From Tidjanibacter sp. (lineage in GTDB: Bacteria; Bacteroidota; Bacteroidia; Bacteroidales; Rikenellaceae), in contig JAZLDY010000029.1 of assembly GCA_045614965.1 (NCBI GenBank), forward strand, positions 14,814 to 78,813: a DNA stretch of 64,000 bases, in the 5' to 3' direction. The translations under genes and the position numbers were made by a program. A model generated the notes under the pieces. The model saw only the letters and a program-made list of their open reading frames with translations. It ran no database searches and had not been told where the DNA came from. This document shows, piece by piece, positions 1 to 6,921 of the stretch (position 1 is the stretch's first letter; each line of letters opens with the position of its first letter).

Positions 1-429
1 ATTGATGTTGAGAGTGTTGAGGTTGATGCAGAGGGCGACATTCTGCTCAATACCGGCTCGCCACACCTTGTGAGGGTGGTGGACGATTTGGATATGGACG
101 TGGTTGGCGTGGGTGCCTGCTTGCGCTATGGGCCCAAGTGTGCCCCCACAAATGGTGCCAACATCAACTTTGTGAAGGTGCTGGGCGAGGGTAGGCTTGC
201 ACTGCGCACCTACGAGCGTGGCGTGGAGGACGAAACCCTTGCTTGTGGCACGGGAGCAACGGCCACCGCCATAGCCATTTGCCACACCTTGCAACCCACT
301 GTGCGCCACTTCGACCTTGCAGCACAAGGGGGCGATTTGTCGGTTGACTTCTCCACCGATGGTTGTGGCCACTACACCGACATTCATCTGACCGGGCCGG
401 CGAGGTTGGTTTTCTGTGGCGAGTTTTGA
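1..429 (+). CDS. dapF: Diaminopimelate epimerase, C-terminal part (5' truncated by window)
   Basis: Open frame from base 1; motifs NTGSPH, GANINFV and RTYERGVEDETLACGTGATA. Confidence 0.95.
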   Translation: MDVESVEVDAEGDILLNTGSPHLVRVVDDLDMDVVGVGACLRYGPKCAPTNGANINFVKVLGEGRLALRTYERGVEDETLACGTGATATAIAICHTLQPTVRHFDLAAQGGDLSVDFSTDGCGHYTDIHLTGPARLVFCGEF

Positions 430-554
430 AAAAACGCAGATTGCGGGTGAATTTTGCACCGCACTTCGATAGGCGAGTTCCTCATTTGCGAGAGCAAACT
501 GCGGACTCGCCTTCTTGCTTAGCACAAAATTCACCTCGCACTTTGCGTTTTTTT
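429..554. other. Nested three-stem inverted-repeat element downstream of dapF
   Basis: GCGGGTGAATTTTG pairs imperfectly with CAAAATTCACCTCGC; inner AGGCGAGT/ACTCGCCT; innermost TTTGC/GCAAA; flanked by A and T runs. Confidence 0.7.
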
Positions 555-589
555 GTGGTGCTTTCAAACGTCAGATAGCACGCCGACCA

Positions 590-631
590 CTCCTCCCCTA
601 AGTTAGGGGAGGTGCCCGAAGGCGGAGGGGT
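590..631. repeat. REP-like hairpin CTCCCCTAAGTTAGGGGAG plus second small hairpin
   Basis: Near-identical copies at about 4713, 4874, 22755, 46128 and 51762. Confidence 0.85.
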
Positions 632-691
632 ATGTTTTACAAAACAGCCTATGGCTACTGCGGATTCGCTTGCTTGTTAGGCAAATCCCTC

Positions 692-1120
692 TCAGTCGAT
701 TTTCACCACGTTGCCTTTGGGGTTAAAGGTCAGCTCGGTGCCGTCGGAGAGCTCCACTTCGTGGCCCTCGCCCTCCTGTTCGATGCTCATAATAACCACG
801 TTGGGGTACTGCTCCCAAACGTAGGTGGTGATGTATTCGGGGATAATCTCCACGGGGATAGAGTCGTTGCGGAGTTTGATTTTGGTCCACTGACCTTTGG
901 AGTCGAAGTTGATTTTGCTGCCGTCGGTGAAGAGTACATTGTAGGAGGCTCCGCCGTGGTGGTGCTTGTGCATACGGATTTTCTTCACGGTGTCCTTTGC
1001 AAAATACTCTTTGATGAACTCCTGTGCGGGTTGGGGGAGTTGCTTGGTGGATATTTCGGCTGCCACCACACCCATCACCACCGCAAGGGTGGCCACTGCT
1101 GCTAACATCACTTTTTTCAT
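692..1120 (-). CDS. Secreted PepSY-like (beta-lactamase-inhibitor-like) domain protein
   Basis: Signal peptide; LPQPAQEFIKEYF and repeated Y/H-x-V-x-L/F-x-DG-x-x-(I/L)-x-F-(D/N)-x-KG units. Confidence 0.85.
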   Translation of the reverse strand: MKKVMLAAVATLAVVMGVVAAEISTKQLPQPAQEFIKEYFAKDTVKKIRMHKHHHGGASYNVLFTDGSKINFDSKGQWTKIKLRNDSIPVEIIPEYITTYVWEQYPNVVIMSIEQEGEGHEVELSDGTELTFNPKGNVVKID

Positions 1121-1165
1121 AATCGTTGCGTTTTTTTGTTGGTTAAAAGGTTAAAAATGAAATAC

Positions 1166-1180
1166 GCAGTCTTTATTCCA
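1166..1180 (-). promoter_or_regulatory. Possible sigma54-type promoter for the PepSY-like gene
   Basis: Minus strand TGGAATA-AAGA-CTGC, with GG and GC separated by 10 nt; imperfect match to consensus. Confidence 0.4.
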
Positions 1181-1242
1181 AGAATGGTGCAAAAGGTGAT
1201 GTGCGAGAAAAAAATCACAATAAAAACCACTTCGTTGGAGTG

Positions 1243-1257
1243 TGGCACGGAGTTTGC
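1243..1257 (+). promoter_or_regulatory. sigma54 (-24/-12) promoter
   Basis: TGGCACG-GAGT-TTGC is a perfect match to TGGCACG-N4-TTGC. Confidence 0.7.
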
Positions 1258-1268
1258 GACAATGTAGG

Positions 1269-1362
1269 GCGTAGTTGAATACTACAAGGTTTCTTCATTT
1301 ATTTAAGTTTGGGTTAGTAGTTTTGAAAAGGTAGCCGTTGTGATAACGCCTACCTTTTTTTT
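1269..1362 (+). ncRNA. Candidate sRNA A (about 95 nt)
   Basis: Lies between the sigma54 box and an intrinsic terminator (AAAAGGTAG...CTACCTTTTTTTT, 1326-1362); no ORF; contains GGTTAGTAGTTTT. Confidence 0.55.
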
Positions 1363-1380
1363 GTTTTGGTTGAGTGATTT

Positions 1381-1494
1381 TGGGAGTGTAGGGAGTGTAG
1401 GGAGTGTAGGGAGTGTAGGGAAGAGTCCTTAATGCCCTTAACTTCTCTAACCTCCCTAACCTCCCTAACTTCTCTAAATTCCCTAAATTCCCTT
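1381..1494. repeat. 9-mer tandem array with inverted arms, (AGGGAGTGT)n then (CTCCCTAAC)-like
   Basis: Directly visible; five GGG runs at 1382-1420; the C-rich arm overlaps the stop of the four-helix gene. Confidence 0.9.
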
Positions 1495-2040
1495 GATTCC
1501 CCTATTCTGCACCCTCATTCTATACATACGCTCCTTGAATCCACCCTCATTCACAAAGCGGCTAGATAGTGATTTGAGTAGCTGATGTAAGAGATAATCC
1601 TCTTGTTTGATGAGAATGATTGCCATATTTGCCACCGTGTCGAGAGGGCGTGATTTTGCGATAGTCAGAATGTGGGCATTGTTTCCTTCAATGCCAAGTT
1701 TGCGCATCGCTACATACTCTTTCGATGTTGCTTCCCATTGCGCATAGCCATTGACACGCAAGAAATCCTCATAGTCAGATAGTAGCTCTTGAAAACTTGC
1801 TTTGGCAACATTCAGCAATTTAATGCCCATTTCGAGTGAGGTTTCAATGTCGGCATTACCCTCTACAATGTTTTGTTTTCCAGAGCGAGCAGCTTGCACC
1901 ATTTGGTCAATCGTACGATTGCCTTTTTCGAAGGCGGCGTGTGCAAAGTGATATGTTATATCAAAAAGCAGTTCAGCTTTACGATAACATATTAAATTGT
2001 GATGGTCGCCTTGACGTTTGATTAACTCGTTGGTGTTCAT
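1483..2040 (-). CDS. Four-helix-bundle protein (23S rRNA IVP/Avd-like) with suffix domain
   Basis: NLICYRKAELLFD, RTIDQMVQAARSGKQNIVEG, LLNVAKASFQELLSDYEDFL, FVNEGGFKERM; low GC; start placed at MNTNEL. Confidence 0.85.
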   Translation of the reverse strand: MNTNELIKRQGDHHNLICYRKAELLFDITYHFAHAAFEKGNRTIDQMVQAARSGKQNIVEGNADIETSLEMGIKLLNVAKASFQELLSDYEDFLRVNGYAQWEATSKEYVAMRKLGIEGNNAHILTIAKSRPLDTVANMAIILIKQEDYLLHQLLKSLSSRFVNEGGFKERMYRMRVQNRGIKGI

Positions 2041-2106
2041 TGCAAAAGTCTTTCCTACAAAAATATTGTATTTGCAAGACTCTTGCAAGAGCTGCTTGGT
2101 TTTTTG

Positions 2107-2197
2107 TGGGGAGATTAGGGAATTTAGTGAAATTAGGGAGTTTAAGGAATTGCAAATACCATTTCCCTAACCTCTCAACACTCCCTAATCTCCCTAT
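2107..2197. repeat. 9-mer array with inverted arms on the 5' side of the four-helix gene
   Basis: GGGAGATTAGGGAATTTAG... followed by CCCTAACCTCTCAACACTCCCTAATCTCCCTA. Confidence 0.8.
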
Positions 2198-2233
2198 GTT
2201 CAAGTACAGGTGTTGCTTGTCCTATTTGTTGTC

Positions 2234-2947
2234 CTATTTGCCAAAACGAAAACCCAATCTAACGTACCCCATATGAGCCGCATCATTTACGATTATACTT
2301 TCATAACCAGCACCAAGTGTAAATCGCTTAATATCAATGCCTAATCCAACTCGATAACGGAAACCGTTGATCTCGCCAAGGGCTTCACCTACTCCGAAGA
2401 AACCGCCGAATGAGCAGTCGGCATAAGGAGTTGCATTTTGTTTTTGCATTAAGTTATATTTGATGTTAACTCCAAGCGGTATGTATGCCTCAAAAATAGT
2501 TCTCGTTTCACTATGATAAATAGGATAAGAACTGTGATAGATATAACGTGTAAAGCATGAATAGAAGCCTGTTTCAACACCCAAGTATAACCCCCTCTCA
2601 CTAACTTTTGTTCCGATGCTGACGTTTAATGCGGGGCCTGCTCCATCGGCAGTAAATATTACACCTAAGGTTGCGTAACCACAGACGTTGTTAGAGATGT
2701 TAGATTGCGGTATTGTACTCATTACATCTTTTTCGCCATTCTCGTACTTTATATAGAAAATTTGCGACTTTGATGTAGTGTAAGTGGGGCCTTCCATATT
2801 GCTCCAACGTTTGTATCCTACCTCGTCTTGTGAAATAGAGACAATCTTTGCTTTTAACTCGGTAGCATCCTTAAAAATAATAACATCTTGTGCTTTTAGC
2901 GCAGACGAAACAATAATGCATAATGCAAGTGGTAATAATCTTTTCAT
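2234..2947 (-). CDS. Putative outer-membrane beta-barrel protein with small N-terminal domain
   Basis: Signal peptide (MKRLLPLAL...AQD), alternating beta-strand pattern, C-terminal GFRFGK; low GC. Confidence 0.7.
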   Translation of the reverse strand: MKRLLPLALCIIVSSALKAQDVIIFKDATELKAKIVSISQDEVGYKRWSNMEGPTYTTSKSQIFYIKYENGEKDVMSTIPQSNISNNVCGYATLGVIFTADGAGPALNVSIGTKVSERGLYLGVETGFYSCFTRYIYHSSYPIYHSETRTIFEAYIPLGVNIKYNLMQKQNATPYADCSFGGFFGVGEALGEINGFRYRVGLGIDIKRFTLGAGYESIIVNDAAHMGYVRLGFRFGK

Positions 2948-3029
2948 GTTGTTTTTGTGTTTTAAGTTAAACAATAAGGTTTCGTAGTCAGCAGATGACA
3001 ACCGTTTAACTTAAATAGGTGGAGTCCTA

Positions 3030-3235
3030 AAAAAGAAACGTGGGTGCGCCTGATGTAACAAGGTACGACCAAGCACCCACAAAAACACAAGCACAACCCA
3101 CGCCATACAGCGTGAGCATTCAGCGTGCCTATTGGTGTTTTTGTTTCTAAAAATTGGTCGTTTTTGTTACAAACCCAACAGCCCTAAATGCCATCTATAA
3201 ACACTGCGTATTCCGCAATGCCACTACAAATATAA
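3030..3235 (-). promoter_or_regulatory. Promoter plus structured leader with terminator hairpin
   Basis: -7 box TATATTTG (3228-3235); GTGGGTGC/GCACCCAC hairpin followed by a U-tract; long-range complement 3154-3170 with 3055-3072. Confidence 0.6.
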
Positions 3236-3288
3236 GATTTTTTTTAGACAATCGCACTTCTTCCCATTTTTACTTTGCCCCAACCCCA

Positions 3289-3321
3289 CAATTTTGCATT
3301 TTCAATTTTCCATTTTCAATT
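3289..3321. repeat. Heptamer array (ATTTTC[A/C])n
   Basis: caattttgcattttcaattttccattttcaatt. Confidence 0.8.
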
Positions 3322-3344
3322 CGTTGTAGTACTTTTGTGCTGTT

Positions 3345-3773
3345 ATGGGACGAATTTTGGCAATAGACTACGGTTTGAAGCGTACGGGTGTGGCGGTGAG
3401 CGACCCGTTGCGCATCATTGCCGGTGGGCTCGACACCGTGCCTACCGCCACTCTCGAAGCGTGGCTCGCACAATATTTCGCCCAAAATGAGGTTGATATT
3501 ATTGTGGTGGGCAAGCCTACCCAGATGAACGGCAACCCCAGCCAGTCGTGGGCAGCCATTGAGCCCTTCGTGGAACGTTTGCGCAAACAGTACCCCACAA
3601 AGCAGGTCGTTCTCCACGACGAGAGGTTTACCTCCGTAATCGCCCACCGAGCAATGATTGACGGCGGTATAAAGAAGATGGCCCGCAGGGACAAGGCTGT
3701 GGTGGACAAGATTAGTGCAACCATAATTTTGCAGAGTTTTATGGACTCCGCAGAGTATAAAATGATGTTTTAA
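3345..3773 (+). CDS. ruvX: YqgF/RuvX family nuclease
   Basis: ILAIDYGLKRTGVAVSD, VVGKP, DERFTS, DKISATIILQ. Confidence 0.95.
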   Translation: MGRILAIDYGLKRTGVAVSDPLRIIAGGLDTVPTATLEAWLAQYFAQNEVDIIVVGKPTQMNGNPSQSWAAIEPFVERLRKQYPTKQVVLHDERFTSVIAHRAMIDGGIKKMARRDKAVVDKISATIILQSFMDSAEYKMMF

Positions 3774-3777
3774 GACT

Positions 3778-4329
3778 ATGATTTACCCTATTTATATATA
3801 TGGTTCGGGCGTGCTGCGCAAGGAGTGCGTGGAGATAGACAAGGACTATCCCGAACTCGACAAACTCGTGGAGGATATGTTCGCCACGATGTATGCTTCG
3901 CAGGGCGTGGGCCTTGCGGCTCCGCAGATTGGTAAGGACATCAGGCTCTTTGTGGCCGACGGCACCCCCTTTGAGGATGTGGACCCCACGGCCAAGGAGT
4001 TCAAGAGGGTGTGTATCAACCCCGAAATTGTAGAGGAGAGCGATATGGAGGTGCTGATGAATGAGGGCTGCCTCTCGGTGCCGGGCATCCACGAGGACGT
4101 GTATAGGCCCGAGGAGGTTACGTTACGTTACTACGACCTCGACTTTGTGGAGCACGAGGAGCACCTCACCGGTTGGCCCGCACGCATCGTTCAGCACGAG
4201 TACGACCACCTGGACGGCTATGTTTTCACGGATAGGCTGAGTAATATTCGCAAGACCCTGCTGCGCAACAAACTCGCATCGATGGCGAAGGGCAAGTTCA
4301 CTTGCGCCTACCGCACCAAACAGCGATAA
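3778..4329 (+). CDS. def: Peptide deformylase
   Basis: GVGLAAPQIG, EGCLSVP, QHEYDHLDG. Confidence 0.98.
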   Translation: MIYPIYIYGSGVLRKECVEIDKDYPELDKLVEDMFATMYASQGVGLAAPQIGKDIRLFVADGTPFEDVDPTAKEFKRVCINPEIVEESDMEVLMNEGCLSVPGIHEDVYRPEEVTLRYYDLDFVEHEEHLTGWPARIVQHEYDHLDGYVFTDRLSNIRKTLLRNKLASMAKGKFTCAYRTKQR

Positions 4330-4397
4330 AGAGGACCCCTTTTGTGCCGATTGTGTGGTGATAATCGGGGCGGTAGAGTAAAAAAGTGGGCAAAGAA

Positions 4398-4428
4398 TTT
4401 GCAGAAACAGAAATTTGCCTTATCTTTG
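4398..4428 (+). promoter_or_regulatory. Bacteroidetes housekeeping promoter for tRNA-Lys
   Basis: TTTG, 19-nt spacer, TATCTTTG. Confidence 0.7.
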
Positions 4429-4456
4429 CACCGCTTTTGGACTGAAAGCGTGTGTT

Positions 4457-4529
4457 GATTCGCTAGCTCAGCTGGTAGAGCACAGCACTTTTAATGCTGG
4501 GGTCCTGGGTTCGAGCCCCAGGCGAATCA
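4457..4529 (+). tRNA. tRNA-Lys (UUU)
   Basis: Acceptor GATTCGC/GCGAATC, anticodon arm CAGCA-CTTTTAA-TGCTG, TTCGA T-loop; no complete encoded CCA. Confidence 0.97.
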
Positions 4530-4537
4530 CCGAAGAG

Positions 4538-4569
4538 GCGGAAGACTTGAAAAGGTCTTCCGCTTTTTT
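4538..4569 (+). terminator. Intrinsic terminator after tRNA-Lys
   Basis: GCGGAAGAC/GTCTTCCGC followed by T6. Confidence 0.85.
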
Positions 4570-4599
4570 ATTGGTGTGCGTTGTGGTGGGGCTCGAACT

Positions 4600-5140
4600 G
4601 CTCGGCGAGGCCGCCGAGCGTAATTACGACCACCCCTCCCGTCCTCCCCTTTCGTAGGGGAGGGGTGTGTGAGGATGGAAGTTGAGGGCAGAACGGGCAG
4701 AAAGGGGAAGCTGCTCCCCTAAGGTAGGGGAGCTGTCGCAAAGCGACTGAGGGGTATGGTAGGTAGGGAAGGTGTCCGTCTTGCCACGACTGCCGTAGGC
4801 AGGCGGTTGGCATCTACCGCTCTTTATGTCAATCGACGGCTGGGGCCTCTGGATCTTCTGGGAGATGTTTGCTCTCCTCCCCTAACTCAGGGGAGGAGTG
4901 GTTGTGGTACTTCCTAACCTCCCTACGCTCCCTAAACCCCCTAAGGCCCCTACACTCCTACCACCTCACGGGTAACAAAAACATTACCCGTGAAGAAGGG
5001 GAGTCCCCTCCGAGGTCTTGGGTATTAAAAAAGATACCCGTGATTAAGAAAGGGCCTTAAAGTCCTTAAAGTCCCTATTGCCCCTATTGCCCCTATCATC
5101 CCAGTAGTCCCAGTAGTCCCAGCCGTCCCAGCCGCCCCCA
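4600..5140. repeat. Large intergenic mosaic of REP-like hairpins, CGGGTA palindromes and 9-mer arrays
   Basis: Hairpins at 4642, 4713 and 4874; palindromes at 4967-4992 and 5020-5040; C-rich 9-mer arrays at 4912-4960 and 5053-5140. Confidence 0.85.
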
Positions 5141-5159
5141 GGCCCTTGCCGATTGACAA

Positions 5160-5195
5160 AAAACCTCCCCATCAACTGTTGAGGGGGAGGTTTTT
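5160..5195. terminator. Bidirectional intrinsic terminator at the end of PUL-1
   Basis: AAAACCTCCCC/GGGGAGGTTTTT. Confidence 0.8.
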
Positions 5196-5214
5196 GTGTT
5201 GTTGTCCGATTGGT

Positions 5215-6885
5215 TTAGAATGGGGGCTCGCCGTGTTCGGAGGGGTCGAAGGGGTTGTTGAAATAGATGTCGTCGGCCCTCAGTAGGCGGAATTGTTCTT
5301 TGAGCCTCTGGTCGAAGCTCTCGATATCTTTCTGCTCTCGTGCGGTCCAAGCGTTCTCCGCAAGGGCGATGATGCGAGGATAGACGAGGTAGTCCAATCG
5401 GTCGGGGGTGTCAACCCTTTCGGTCCACATATTGGCCTGAATACCAAGTATTTTACCGCCTTTGGAGAAGTCTACGTCAAACTCCGAGTAGTCCCAATCA
5501 TAGACCTTGCGGTAGGAGTTCACGCCAAACTTCTTCCAACCCACACCGTGCACTTGGAGCGAGTCTTGGGCGTAGTCGAAATACATAGGCAGACGGGGCG
5601 AGAATACAATGTTGTAGTTTTTCTCCACGGCCTTGCGAATCACCTCCACCCTATTGGGCCTCCACGCATAGATGATGGTCTTGTCGCTGGGCAGGTCAAG
5701 GCCTGCGAGTTCGTCCCACGCAGCAATGCGGTTGTTCATCTGGAAGAGTGAGTCGGCCACACGGTGGGCGAAATAGTGCTCCACGTCGAGGAAAGAGGAG
5801 AGGTTTTCACGCTTCATCAGAGCCTGAATGTCGGCATTGTCGTTCCATACGCTGTTGCCATCTCGGAGTTCGTCGCCACCGATGTGTATGGTTTGGAAGG
5901 GGAAGAGCGCATCGACCTCTTTGAGTATTCGGTTGATGAAATAATATAGCTCCTCTTTGCCGGGGTTGAGTGTGTAGTTGGGCTTGCGTGAGCCTTTTGC
6001 GCCGCCGCTAAATTCGGGATAGGCCTTGACCATTGCGGTAGCGTGTCCGGGCATATCAATCTCTGGGAGAATCTCGATGCCACGCTCGTAGGCGTAGGCC
6101 ACGATTTCACGCACTTCGTCCTGTGTGTAGTATTGAGCCGGTGCAAAGGGGTCTGTGTTGTGCCCAATGCCACCGATTAGAGCCAATTTGGGATAGGCTT
6201 TGATTTCCACTCTCCACCCCTGCTCGTCGGATAGGTGCCAATGCAGACGGTTGAGTTTGTAGAGGGCCATATAGTCGATGAGTTGTTTCACCTTCTGTTT
6301 GCCGAAGAAGTGCCTTGCCTCATCGAGCATAAAACCTCGCCAACCGAAGCGTGGCGAGTCGCTGATGTGCCAACCTTGCAGAGTGATTTTTTCGTCTTGT
6401 GGTTTGGCGTTGAGAGCGTCGTGATAGTAAAAGGGATTCCAAGTATCTCTGCTGATGTAACCCTTGGAGGTGTGATAGGCGAGCCTTGCGAGTTGCAGGA
6501 GCGACATTGTGGCGTTAATCATACCCTTGCGCTCGGAGGCTTGCAGGGTGATTACGCTGTTGTCGATGTGGAGAGCGTAGGCCTCCTCACCGAGTTTTTT
6601 TGCACGTTGTAGAACGATTCTCGTTCCCGAAAGCCCCTTGTGGGGGCCTTCGGGATTGAGAATGGGAGAGATACCACACTGCACCAAGAGTTCGCCTTGG
6701 AGCAACTGCGCTTGTGGCGCAAACTCTTCGTCGTAGAAGATTGCCGTGCGGTTGTCGAGTGTGAACGAAGCGTCCACAGCGACAGCCTCCACAGGTTTGG
6801 GAACGAGTGGACACTCGGTTGTTTGAGCAAAAGTTGCCGTTGCGAGCGTTGCTACTGCCAACAGCGAAAGGAGTTTGCGTATCAT
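5215..6885 (-). CDS. GH20 beta-N-acetylhexosaminidase
   Basis: PRFGWRGFMLDEARHF, LHWHLSDEQGWR, PEIDMPGHA, catalytic HIGGDE, GIQANMWTE. Confidence 0.96.
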   Translation of the reverse strand: MIRKLLSLLAVATLATATFAQTTECPLVPKPVEAVAVDASFTLDNRTAIFYDEEFAPQAQLLQGELLVQCGISPILNPEGPHKGLSGTRIVLQRAKKLGEEAYALHIDNSVITLQASERKGMINATMSLLQLARLAYHTSKGYISRDTWNPFYYHDALNAKPQDEKITLQGWHISDSPRFGWRGFMLDEARHFFGKQKVKQLIDYMALYKLNRLHWHLSDEQGWRVEIKAYPKLALIGGIGHNTDPFAPAQYYTQDEVREIVAYAYERGIEILPEIDMPGHATAMVKAYPEFSGGAKGSRKPNYTLNPGKEELYYFINRILKEVDALFPFQTIHIGGDELRDGNSVWNDNADIQALMKRENLSSFLDVEHYFAHRVADSLFQMNNRIAAWDELAGLDLPSDKTIIYAWRPNRVEVIRKAVEKNYNIVFSPRLPMYFDYAQDSLQVHGVGWKKFGVNSYRKVYDWDYSEFDVDFSKGGKILGIQANMWTERVDTPDRLDYLVYPRIIALAENAWTAREQKDIESFDQRLKEQFRLLRADDIYFNNPFDPSEHGEPPF

Positions 6886-6921
6886 AGCGTTGTGGTCTTT
6901 TATTGGTAGTTCAACAAACTA

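Noticed and set aside
1483-2040. Diversity-generating retroelement suggested by the Avd-like fold
   Set aside because: No reverse transcriptase and no template/variable repeat pair differing at adenines in the window.
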